The notes: generated from the letters alone by a model not told the origin. DNA of 20,722 nt from an uncultured Thermococci archaeon (GCA_964615185.1 CAZTOS010000041.1:1-20722); one strand, 5' to 3'. Positions 1-8,201 are shown, counted from the first letter of the stretch. Numbers and translations are program-made.

Positions 1-639
1 ATCCTGAGAGAAGACTTCGGCTTTGAAAACATTCACGTTGTTTATTCTGGTAGAGGTTATCATATTAGAGTTCTAGACGATTGGGCCCTGGAGTTGGATT
101 CAAAAGCCAGGGAAAGAATTTTGAGCTATATCTCCAGTGCTGAGGAGGTTACATTTGAAGACATTCAAGAAAGAAAGATGTTGCTGTCTTCAGGTTATTA
201 TAGGGTCTTTAGACTGAGGTTTGGTTACTTCATCAAGAGAATCTCTGAGTATCACCTAAGGAACATTGGATTGAATAGAAAACAAATAAATCTAATAACA
301 GAGAGCAGGGACGAGATTTATGAGAATTTTGTAAAAAAAGCCATATTGACAGCCTTTCCTCAGGGTGTTGGATATAAGACTCTTTTAAGGTTGTTTGGCT
401 TATCTACTATATTTTCAAAAGCATACTTTGATGGAAAAGTAACTGTTGACGTAAAGAGGATTCTCCGTTTGCCTTCTTCTCTTCATTCGAAGGTGGGTCT
501 TATTGCTACATATATAGGAAGTAGCGAGAGCGAAGTGGAATCTTTTGACCCGTTTAAAAATGCCGTCCCTAAATTCAGGGAAAAAGAAGTCAAAGAAGCG
601 TATAATGTATGGAAAGAGGACATGGAGGAGCACTTATGA
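1..639 (+). CDS. priS: DNA primase small (catalytic) subunit, 5'-truncated by the window edge
   Basis: Frame 1 is open from base 1 (ILREDFGFENIHVVYSGRGYHIRVLD...), extending the 94..639 ORF. It has the archaeo-eukaryotic primase motif SGRGYH and the later FDGKVTVDVKRILRLPSSLHSKVG motif. Stop TGA 637-639. Confidence 0.95.
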   Translation: MLREDFGFENIHVVYSGRGYHIRVLDDWALELDSKARERILSYISSAEEVTFEDIQERKMLLSSGYYRVFRLRFGYFIKRISEYHLRNIGLNRKQINLITESRDEIYENFVKKAILTAFPQGVGYKTLLRLFGLSTIFSKAYFDGKVTVDVKRILRLPSSLHSKVGLIATYIGSSESEVESFDPFKNAVPKFREKEVKEAYNVWKEDMEEHL

Positions 640-700
640 CCTATGGAAGGCTAAATAGCCTCTATCTTCCGAAAATCTCGCCCTTTAGGGCGGTAGGTCA
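637..700 (+). mobile_element. Probable IS200/IS605/IS607-family (tnpB) right-end remnant, omegaRNA-like structured element without a transposase
   Basis: CGCCCT-TT-AGGGCG hairpin (679-692) followed by GTAGGTCA; second hairpin ATGG(A)AGGCTA-AA-TAGCCT-CTAT (643-665); ends TGACCTA (637-643) and TAGGTCA (694-700) are perfect reverse complements. Resembles my recollection of archaeal tnpB element ends (..CTCGCCCTTYAGGGCGGGGAGGARGTCA). Confidence 0.55.
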
Positions 701-727
701 CTGGCCTCTAGTTTGGATTTAAAGATG

Positions 728-1057
728 AGGTGAGGGGGCTATAGTCCGCCTTCTGTATTGAGGAGGCATTCGACTAAGCGGCCTACCACGGAGCTCACAC
801 CGGGAACTCATCGCCCCTCTTTCGGCCTTGCACCCCGCGGGACAGCCGTTTCACCGATCCCTCCGAGGTCGTCTGCGGGTTAGCTCGGGAGCTGTCACCA
901 GCCCCCTTCACCGCCCTCATTCCCATCCCCCGGAGGACGTGTCGTTTCTGCGCCGTTGCCCTCCCTCTCGGGAGGTGCCTTGCGGCACCGCGGCCCCGGT
1001 GTGGTGGGCGGAACTTCCTCGGGCACAAAGCCCGACAACTCCCAGCCCTCTCGCCTA
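728..1057 (-). ncRNA. rnpB: RNase P RNA (archaeal type A)
   Basis: GC-rich island in AT-rich DNA. The minus strand begins TAGGCGAGAGGGCTGGG and contains GAGGAAGTTCCGCCCA (CR-I/P4 5'), GCAACGGCGCAGAAAC, GAAACGGC, GGGGTGCAAG and ACAGAAGGCGGACTAT (CR-V/P4 3'). It ends AGCCCCCTCACCT, which pairs with the 5' end as P1. Confidence 0.97.
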
Positions 1058-1077
1058 AAAGAGATTTAAAAGAAGAT

Positions 1078-1085
1078 ATTATAAA
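1078..1085 (-). promoter_or_regulatory. TATA box of rnpB
   Basis: Minus-strand TTTATAAT lying 21-28 nt upstream of the predicted RNA 5' end (1057), the expected archaeal spacing. Confidence 0.7.
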
Positions 1086-1092
1086 GATTTGG

Positions 1093-2727
1093 TTATCTCT
1101 TTTTTGGAAGTCCTCTCTTCTCTACGAATTTTGGAATTTTTGGCTTCTTATATTTACCAAGAGGAGACTTCTTTTTGGGCTTTGGTCTCTCCCGTCTTCT
1201 CTTGTTGGGTTTTCTTTGCACAACAACCATTTGGAATATCACGAGTGATAAAACTATAATTAATACCCCAATAAGATATGGAGTCCAGTTTTTCCTTTCA
1301 CTCTTTCCTTCCATTTCTTTTTGAGATGATGTAGTTGTTTCCTTTGTTGTAATTGTTCTATTAGGAGACAGTGACTGTGCTGGAATTTGCTTTTTAACAT
1401 AGATTGTCCCCTCTTTAATGCTTTCTTTGCCAAAGGAAGAGAGTATGAACTGATATTCAATTTCTCCTTCTGGAAGAGGAAATTCAAGTTGCATTTTATT
1501 TTTCCCAGGAGATAACATTATCTTTCTTAGACCCTTATAGAGGGTTTCATTTGCTACAATTATTCTGTAACTTATAGTACTTTCGATTTCTTTCTGATTG
1601 TCATTTGTAATTGTAAGCACAAATTCAACTTTTCCATTATCTAACACGTTATAAATTATACCGTCTATTTTTGGATACGCAATAATATAATACGTCGTTG
1701 ATCCCTCTCCAATGGATATCCCCTCATAAGTTAATTTTACAAGAATCTTGACCACACCTGGAGGAGCAGTTGGGAGTGTAAAACGGACTATGTTTGTGCC
1801 TTTTTGAAGCAAGACTGTTTTATAATATTCATGGAGCAGTTCATCGCCCTTCCCATATGTCAAAAGCGTGACATTAACTTTAAGCTTCCTTTCAGCTGTT
1901 ATCGTAACATACACCTCATTTTGGGAATCCTCTAAAACTTGAGTATTCTTTAGAGTTAGTGCAGAAAGCTTTACGCCAAATTGAATATAATACTCTTTTG
2001 AAAAACGATAGGTTCCTCCAGGATACTTGAGGAGATAAACAAGCTTATAGTTTCCTGAAGGTAGATCATAGGGGATTTGTATTTCAAGTCGGATAACATT
2101 GTCCCCTTTAGTTAGATTAACAACCTTTTCCGTGACTAAATATCTCTTTCCATCTTTTTCAAGATATGCCAATGCTTTTAAAGAAATTACAGTGTTTTTT
2201 AGATTTTCAACATGAGAATAGACAATTATTGTTTCTCCATTGAGCACGTAGTTGGAACTAAAGGGTCTCTCTTTCACATAGGTTATAGCCTCCTTAAAAA
2301 TAAGGGGTTTACCAAGTACTTTTACTGGAATCTTTGCCGTTATAATATAGATATCTCCCGATTCCAAAAAACCCCAAAAACTCAAAACAATTTGATAATC
2401 CCCAGGCTCAACACTTTCATTTACAAGGAGATTGTAATTAATTTCTCGGCTCTCACCAGCTTTCCAATTGTTGTATATTGTTTTCTGAAGCTCCAGTTTA
2501 AATCCTTTAACTTCATTAAGCTTTTCATCTAAAACAACATATTTACGAAAGCTTACAACTTTAAAATCAAGGTTTTGGTCATTTTTTAAAGTTAAAGTGC
2601 CCTCTGTGTAATCTCCAGCAAGCACCAGTATTTTACCTTGGGATGAAAATATAACAAATTGAGCAGAAGCAATGGGTAGTAGAACCATTAATACAGCAAT
2701 TATCAGTATTATTTTTTTCATCCTCAT
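1093..2727 (-). CDS. Secreted, C-terminally membrane-anchored hypothetical protein with probable Ig-like beta domains
   Basis: 544 aa ORF; signal peptide MKKIILIIAVLMVLLPIASA; beta-rich repeats with LPSGNYKL/VEPGDYQI/APPGVVKI turns; Thr/Ser-rich linker; TM helix (WTPYLIGVLIIVLSLVIFQMVVV); very basic tail. Start may be the second Met (2721). Confidence 0.8.
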   Translation of the reverse strand: MRMKKIILIIAVLMVLLPIASAQFVIFSSQGKILVLAGDYTEGTLTLKNDQNLDFKVVSFRKYVVLDEKLNEVKGFKLELQKTIYNNWKAGESREINYNLLVNESVEPGDYQIVLSFWGFLESGDIYIITAKIPVKVLGKPLIFKEAITYVKERPFSSNYVLNGETIIVYSHVENLKNTVISLKALAYLEKDGKRYLVTEKVVNLTKGDNVIRLEIQIPYDLPSGNYKLVYLLKYPGGTYRFSKEYYIQFGVKLSALTLKNTQVLEDSQNEVYVTITAERKLKVNVTLLTYGKGDELLHEYYKTVLLQKGTNIVRFTLPTAPPGVVKILVKLTYEGISIGEGSTTYYIIAYPKIDGIIYNVLDNGKVEFVLTITNDNQKEIESTISYRIIVANETLYKGLRKIMLSPGKNKMQLEFPLPEGEIEYQFILSSFGKESIKEGTIYVKKQIPAQSLSPNRTITTKETTTSSQKEMEGKSERKNWTPYLIGVLIIVLSLVIFQMVVVQRKPNKRRRERPKPKKKSPLGKYKKPKIPKFVEKRGLPKKR

Positions 2728-2762
2728 CCCCTAAATATTTTTGCATTTGAACAATATAAACT

Positions 2763-3038
2763 TCATGTTAGGAGAAGAACTATCCCCAAAAGTGTAAACC
2801 CAACAAAAATCATCAGACTTAACTTATAAAAAGTAAGCTTAGAGAAATGGGTTCTAACCATGAGGGCAAGTATTGTAAGCATGGTACCATAGGAGACTGC
2901 AAAAATACCAAGAGCTTTTTTTATATCAATCTTTAAGAGCAGAAGTATCCCGAGAAGTGCCCCGGCCAATACTGTTATGTGTGGGATTGTAAAGAGATAA
3001 TAATTTAGCAAAGTTTTGTTTTCATCCATTGTTCTCAC
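2763..3038 (-). CDS. Small membrane protein (about 3 TM helices), function unknown
   Basis: 91 aa hydrophobic ORF overlapping the DUF61 gene stop by 4 nt; the true start may be the ATG of MDENK. Confidence 0.75.
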   Translation of the reverse strand: MRTMDENKTLLNYYLFTIPHITVLAGALLGILLLLKIDIKKALGIFAVSYGTMLTILALMVRTHFSKLTFYKLSLMIFVGFTLLGIVLLLT

Positions 3039-3448
3039 TCCATTTCCGTTATAAATGCATAGGTTGTCGTTGTTGGCAAAATCTTTCTTATCTTTGGCAA
3101 TAGATATCGAGGAAGTATAATTTCTTTTTTTTCTTCCAATACATCATATGTCCCAAGTATTTTTTCTATTACCTTAACTTCAATCTCTCCCCTAACTCTG
3201 AAATATCCATGCCAAGTGGTCGTTATCTCAAGCACTATTGGGAGGCTGAGCCTCTCAAGTTCATATTCATCTAAGAGAGATCTCAGATATTCAAGTTCCT
3301 TTTTCTTAAAATAGTGAAAACTCCCATCCCTAAGTTGTACCTTCGGAGTATCTTCATTCAATAGTCTTGCCAAACTCTTTCTCACTCTGGGCAGATGAAG
3401 ATTAATACGCGAAATTTCTTTATGTATAATTTCGTCTGGTTGGGGCAT
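3035..3448 (-). CDS. DUF61 / UPF0216 family protein
   Basis: 137 aa; motifs EISRINLHLPRVRKSL..LL.E..P.V.LRDGS.HYF...EL and LPIVLE recognised as this archaeal family; T-rich TATA-like element about 25 nt upstream and no RBS (probably leaderless). Confidence 0.8.
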   Translation of the reverse strand: MPQPDEIIHKEISRINLHLPRVRKSLARLLNEDTPKVQLRDGSFHYFKKKELEYLRSLLDEYELERLSLPIVLEITTTWHGYFRVRGEIEVKVIEKILGTYDVLEEKKEIILPRYLLPKIRKILPTTTTYAFITEME

Positions 3449-3483
3449 GAATTAAATTTAAGATAAACGGAATAAAAAGATTT

Positions 3484-4440
3484 TTACTTCGGGATTCCTA
3501 AGAGTTCACGAACGGTTCTTCTTACGGCCTCATAACTGTTCATTTTTGGTTTCCATCCTTTGCTTTTGGCTTTTTCAATGCTTAAACGCATGAACTTAAC
3601 ATCCCCTTTCCATCCCCTTCCTCCATCTACTCCACCAGTAAAGTAGAACTCTGGATTAAGTCCCATCTCTTTGCTAACTACTTCTGCAATTTCTCTAACG
3701 GTAATCCAGTCCTCACTTCCAAGATTATAAACATCATAAATTTTTCCCTCATCCTTAAACTTTTCAAAAAGATATAGCATTCCCTCAACCGTGTCACTTA
3801 CATGGAGATAGCTCTTTCTTTGAGTTCCATCTCCAAGAATCTCTAAACGATCAGGATTTGCCCTCAGCTTATTTATGAAATCATATATAACTCCATGATT
3901 TGATCGTTCTCCAATTATATTCGCAAGTCTAAACACCAGACTTTTTATACCAAAGGTATGGGCATACCCACTGATTAAAGCCTCGGCTGCTAACTTTGCT
4001 CCTCCATAGACGCTTATTGGTTCGAGAGGAGCGTAATCCTCTGGTGTGGGGATGACATTTGCATCTCCGTAGACAGTTGACGAGGAAGTAAAAATCAAAT
4101 ACTCAACTTTTTCTTCTCTTATAGCTTCAAGAAGGTTATACGTTATTAAAACATTAGTTTCATACAAAATTTCGGGAGTTTGGGCACCAATCCTAACTTC
4201 AGGGTTTGCTGCTAAATGAAACACAACCTTAACATTCTCTACTGCTTTTTTTGCAATTTCTCTATTTCTCAGGTCACCTTGGATAAACTCAAATCGTTCG
4301 TGCCCAATCCATTGCTTGAGATTACCCAGAGTTCCTGCACTTAAGTCGTCAACTACTCTAACTTCATGCCCCCTTTTCATCAATTCGTCAACTAAATGAG
4401 AACCTATGAATCCCGCCCCTCCCGTGACAAGGATTTTCAT
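3484..4440 (-). CDS. galE: NAD-dependent nucleotide-sugar epimerase/dehydratase (UDP-glucose 4-epimerase-like, extended SDR)
   Basis: GGAGFIGS Rossmann motif, HLAA, TSSSTVYG, catalytic YGGAK (YxxxK), GDGTQRKSYLHVSD; GGGTGA RBS upstream. Exact sugar substrate not determinable. Confidence 0.85.
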   Translation of the reverse strand: MKILVTGGAGFIGSHLVDELMKRGHEVRVVDDLSAGTLGNLKQWIGHERFEFIQGDLRNREIAKKAVENVKVVFHLAANPEVRIGAQTPEILYETNVLITYNLLEAIREEKVEYLIFTSSSTVYGDANVIPTPEDYAPLEPISVYGGAKLAAEALISGYAHTFGIKSLVFRLANIIGERSNHGVIYDFINKLRANPDRLEILGDGTQRKSYLHVSDTVEGMLYLFEKFKDEGKIYDVYNLGSEDWITVREIAEVVSKEMGLNPEFYFTGGVDGGRGWKGDVKFMRLSIEKAKSKGWKPKMNSYEAVRRTVRELLGIPK

Positions 4441-4472
4441 TTTTCTTCACCCATTAAATGTGTCAAAACTTC

Positions 4473-4488
4473 TTTTATATACTTTTTG
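4473..4488 (-). promoter_or_regulatory. BRE/TATA of the galE-like gene
   Basis: Minus strand CAAAAAG-TATATAAAA, about 33-41 nt upstream of the ATG at 4440. Confidence 0.65.
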
Positions 4489-4631
4489 TGGTATCTTATA
4501 GCACCATCTAAGAGAATACCACAAGGTTAAACTACTATTGATAAAAGACATAACATGTATTTGTCTAAACGCTGTTAAATAAATCATCAAATTAACATAT
4601 TTCTGTCAATAATTTCAGAAAATGCATAGAT

Positions 4632-4650
4632 ATTTGTCAAAATGACAAAT
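4632..4650. promoter_or_regulatory. Perfect inverted repeat, candidate transcription-factor site upstream of glnA
   Basis: ATTTGTCA-AAA-TGACAAAT, about 15 nt upstream of the TATA-like CTTATATT (4665-4672). Confidence 0.55.
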
Positions 4651-4734
4651 GTTCAGGCAAAAACCTTATATTGTATAAATTGTTCAAAGAAAAAGCGTTT
4701 ATTATGAACATTCAAACAAAAAATGGTGATAAAA

Positions 4735-6057
4735 ATGAACGAAGTAGAAACCATTCCAAAAATGGAAAGACGGAAAATAAAGTTCCTCCAGCTAATCTTT
4801 GTTGATATCAATGGGATTCCAAAGGGTATGGAAATTCCAATAGAGAGATATGAAGAAGCTGTGAGTGAGGGTATTTCCTTTGATGGTTCTTCAATAACTG
4901 GATTTCAGGGTATAGAAGACAGCGACCTAATCTTTAAGGTTGATCCTTCAACCTACGCAGAAATACCATGGGAAGGTGTAGCAAGAGTCTATGGGTTCAT
5001 ATACAAGGATGATAAACCGTACCATGCTGATCCAAGAGGAATTTTAAAGAGTGTGAGTGATGAACTTGCGAAAGAAGGACTAAAAGTCTATATCGGGCCA
5101 GAACCAGAATTTTACCTCTTCAGAAAAAATGGAACTTGGGAGCTTCAATTACCAGATGTTGGGGGATATTTTGATATCATAAACCTTGACAAGGCCAAAG
5201 ATGTAAAGAGAGAAATTGCACTCTACATGCCTTACTTTGGTCTAATCCCGGAAGTGTTGCACCATGAGGTGGGGGCTGGACAGCACGAAATAAGCTTTAG
5301 GTTCTCAGATGCCTTAGGAACGGCAGACAACATCATAAGCTTCAAATATGTTGTCAAGGCAGTTGCAGAGAGTCATGGATTATATGCAACATTCATGCCA
5401 AAGCCAATTTATGGAATGCCGGGTAATGGAATGCATCTTCACATAAGTCTGTGGAAAGGAGAAGAGAATTTATTCGTCGGGGAAGATGGACTCAGTGAAA
5501 CGGCATTATACTTCATTGGCGGAATATTAAAGCATGCCAAGGCACTGACAGCTTTGACTAACCCAACTGTAAATAGTTACAAACGTTTAGTCCCAGAATA
5601 TGAAGCTCCTGTTTATGTAAGCTGGGGTTACAGAAACAGAAGTGCACTGATAAGAGTTCCAGCATACAAAGGAAAGGGGGCAAGGATTGAATACCGCTGT
5701 CCAGATCCAAGTGCAAATCCCTATCTGGCATTTGCCGCAATAATCAAGGCAGGATTGGATGGAATAAAGCACAAGATTGAACCTTTTGCATATGTCGAAG
5801 AAAACGTCTATGAGATGGACAGAGAAAAGAGAATTGAAACAGGTATTGAGACCCTGCCATCAAGCCTTAGAGAAGCTCTTGACGAGCTTGAAAAAGACAA
5901 AGTTATCAAAGAGTCTCTTGGAAAAGCATACAAGAACTTTAAGGAATACAAAGAAAAAGAGTGGGAGACATATCTTGAATATCTTAAAAAGAGGGATATC
6001 CCATCAGAAACCAAGAAGGTTACAGAGTGGGAACTCGAGAGGTACTTTTACATTTAG
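4735..6057 (+). CDS. glnA: Glutamine synthetase type I (GSI-alpha)
   Basis: FDGSS, GPEPEFYLF, HHEVG.GQHEI, ATFMPKP..G.PGNGMHLH, NSYKRL, NRSALIRVP, RIEYRCPDPSANPYL. Start placed at ATG 4735 because GGTGAT (4725-4730) is a good RBS; the ORF track starts at 4723. Confidence 0.97.
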   Translation: MNEVETIPKMERRKIKFLQLIFVDINGIPKGMEIPIERYEEAVSEGISFDGSSITGFQGIEDSDLIFKVDPSTYAEIPWEGVARVYGFIYKDDKPYHADPRGILKSVSDELAKEGLKVYIGPEPEFYLFRKNGTWELQLPDVGGYFDIINLDKAKDVKREIALYMPYFGLIPEVLHHEVGAGQHEISFRFSDALGTADNIISFKYVVKAVAESHGLYATFMPKPIYGMPGNGMHLHISLWKGEENLFVGEDGLSETALYFIGGILKHAKALTALTNPTVNSYKRLVPEYEAPVYVSWGYRNRSALIRVPAYKGKGARIEYRCPDPSANPYLAFAAIIKAGLDGIKHKIEPFAYVEENVYEMDREKRIETGIETLPSSLREALDELEKDKVIKESLGKAYKNFKEYKEKEWETYLEYLKKRDIPSETKKVTEWELERYFYI

Positions 6058-6902
6058 CCCTTTCTTTCAATTATTTCATCCATGTGAATCAATATTGAAC
6101 CTCCAATTATTAAAACTGCCCCTAATAGCTGTTTTAATGTTAAGACCTCATTAAACACCAGATACGCCAAAATTAGGGCTACAACTGGTTCTATCGTTGC
6201 TATTATCGAAGCTTTGCTTACCTCAACTTCTCTAAGGGCAGTGTTGTACAATATATACGCCAGAAATGTTGGAAAAAACGCAAGTGCAAAAATATATGGA
6301 ATAGCATCTAATGGAATTTTAAAATTAGAGAAGGGGACTAAGAACAGAGTGCCAAATCCAAGAGTGTATAGTAATGCCTCTTCAGGCCTTTCGTTTCTAA
6401 CTGCTATTTTACCCAAAACACCATATAATGCATATGTGAACCCAGATAAAAGACCCAAGACCACTGCAAGAATACTCATCTTCTCATTATTGGGATTTAC
6501 AACCAGTAATACTCCAATAACTGCCATTGTCAGAGCCATTAATTTCGTTGGGGTTATCTTTTCCTTAAAAATGAGATATCCAAGTATAGTGGAATGTATT
6601 GGAGCAGTGTAGAGAAGCAGAACTGCCAGTGACACTGAGGATATTCTTACAGTATAGAAATACAGCACATAGAACAAAAAAATGCTGAAAAACCCATAGA
6701 ATGCGTAAAATGACAAACGTTCTCTTTTAATTTTTAAACCTTTTGAGAGGTTATAGATTAGAAGGAGGAAAAATGCAATCACAACTCGATAGAATACCAC
6801 GGTGAAAGTATCCAAATTAAATTGATACAAAAGTTTAGCAAAGATGCCTAAAGTGCCCCACATACTGGCGGCTGAAAAAACTAAGAAATATCCCTTTTTC
6901 AA
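6054..6902 (-). CDS. EamA/DMT superfamily transporter
   Basis: 282 aa, about 10 TM helices in two repeats; WG..G..AK, LLYTAP, ASIIATIEPVVA motifs; TTG start with GAGGTGG RBS; convergent 4-nt overlap with glnA. Confidence 0.9.
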   Translation of the reverse strand: MKKGYFLVFSAASMWGTLGIFAKLLYQFNLDTFTVVFYRVVIAFFLLLIYNLSKGLKIKRERLSFYAFYGFFSIFLFYVLYFYTVRISSVSLAVLLLYTAPIHSTILGYLIFKEKITPTKLMALTMAVIGVLLVVNPNNEKMSILAVVLGLLSGFTYALYGVLGKIAVRNERPEEALLYTLGFGTLFLVPFSNFKIPLDAIPYIFALAFFPTFLAYILYNTALREVEVSKASIIATIEPVVALILAYLVFNEVLTLKQLLGAVLIIGGSILIHMDEIIERKG

Positions 6903-6911
6903 GTTCCCACC

Positions 6912-7676
6912 TCAAATCTCTGGTCCTGTTGGTAGTCTCCTCTTGTGTTCGCTCTTTTTTATTAGGTTTTCCACGTGTTCGACTTTTTCAAGTGGAATAT
7001 TTAACTCCTCGGCAATTTTCTCCTTAGGCATCTTCAAGTCAATTAATCTGTAAAGGATTTCATCTAAGAGTTTGTAACTTATGCCGAGTTCACCCTCATC
7101 CGTCTGCCCAATCCAAAGGCCAGCAGTTGGTTTTTTCTTAATAATCTTCTCCGGAACGCCTAATCTCTTAGCAATCTCCCAGACTTCAGTCTTATACAAG
7201 TTTATCAAGGGAGCATAATCGCTCGCCCCATCGCCCCACTTAGTGTAATACCCCACTAAAAGTTCGCTTTTGTTGCTTGTACCCAGGACGAGGAGATTGT
7301 ACTGGTTTGCATGAGCGTAAAGTAAAATCATTCTTGTTCTAACCATCACATTACCCTTGGTAGTCTTGTTCGGTTCAAAGTCGAGAGTTTTTTCAAAAGC
7401 ATCAACAATTGGCTTGATGTTGATGATTTTATAGTTAATTCCAAGAGTCTCACAAACTAATTTTGCATCTTCCACATCCTGATTCTCATAATAGGGCATT
7501 ATTAAGCCAAGGACTTTGTCTTTTCCCAAAGCTTTGACAGCTAAAAAAGCAGCAGTTGCACTATCAACACCACCACTTATTCCTATGACAACACCTTTGC
7601 CACCTGCCTCTTCAACTTTCCTTTTAATAAACGAAACAATTTTTTCAATTACTTTTTCATAATCTAACACTCTCAT
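6912..7676 (-). CDS. nadE: NH3-dependent NAD+ synthetase
   Basis: [11 protein letters not shown]-loop, GN...[43 protein letters not shown]. Start set at ATG 7676, downstream of RBS AGGTGAT (7681-7687). Confidence 0.96.
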   Translation of the reverse strand: MRVLDYEKVIEKIVSFIKRKVEEAGGKGVVIGISGGVDSATAAFLAVKALGKDKVLGLIMPYYENQDVEDAKLVCETLGINYKIINIKPIVDAFEKTLDFEPNKTTKGNVMVRTRMILLYAHANQYNLLVLGTSNKSELLVGYYTKWGDGASDYAPLINLYKTEVWEIAKRLGVPEKIIKKKPTAGLWIGQTDEGELGISYKLLDEILYRLIDLKMPKEKIAEELNIPLEKVEHVENLIKKSEHKRRLPTGPEI

Positions 7677-7681
7677 TGGAA

Positions 7682-8164
7682 TCACCTTTTTCTGGCATCT
7701 TCCATAGCATCCTCCATGAATCTAATGTATCCATATATGCTTAAAGCACTTCCTACTATCATAAAAACAAATGCTAAAAGTGATAAGAGGGAGTATGGAT
7801 AATCAACACCATAAGCCCTATATGAATAGCTCACATTGCCTCTCTCAACGCTTATCTCAGGTTGAGAAATTGGATTCAGACGAATTGATTCATTCTGAAG
7901 GGTGTAAGAATTTATTTTTCCCCTTTGGATGACAATAACACTTGCATTTTGAGAGGAAAGAATAAGAGTTCTATTTGTTATGAAATAACTACTCTCAAAA
8001 TCCTTATCTCCAATAACATACTGTCCAACACTTAAGATCCCCTGAGAATAATATGATCTCTCCACACTGTACATTGAAATCAGGGATAAAACAAGAGCAA
8101 GTGCCAGAAATATCAGTCCACCTTTTATCAGCGGATAATTAATGGCTTTCCTAAATGTGTGCAT
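7682..8164 (-). CDS. Hypothetical membrane protein (2 TM helices flanking an extracellular beta domain)
   Basis: Protein-like part of the 7682..8455 ORF starting [16 protein letters not shown] at ATG 8164 (160 aa); the upstream extension overlaps oppF in another frame. Confidence 0.75.
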   Translation of the reverse strand: MHTFRKAINYPLIKGGLIFLALALVLSLISMYSVERSYYSQGILSVGQYVIGDKDFESSYFITNRTLILSSQNASVIVIQRGKINSYTLQNESIRLNPISQPEISVERGNVSYSYRAYGVDYPYSLLSLLAFVFMIVGSALSIYGYIRFMEDAMEDARKR

Positions 8165-8201
8165 GATATCACGTCCAAAGAGAAGTAAAGAAAGGAAAGA
8201 T

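Noticed and set aside
795..1058. ORFs 795..1028 (-) and 828..1058 (+)
   Set aside because: Arg/Pro/Gly-rich shadows of the GC-rich RNase P RNA gene, with no protein-like features.
1093..3448. AT-rich block as a horizontally acquired island
   Set aside because: No integrase, att-like repeats or tRNA boundary; composition is similar to other presumably low-expression genes in the window.
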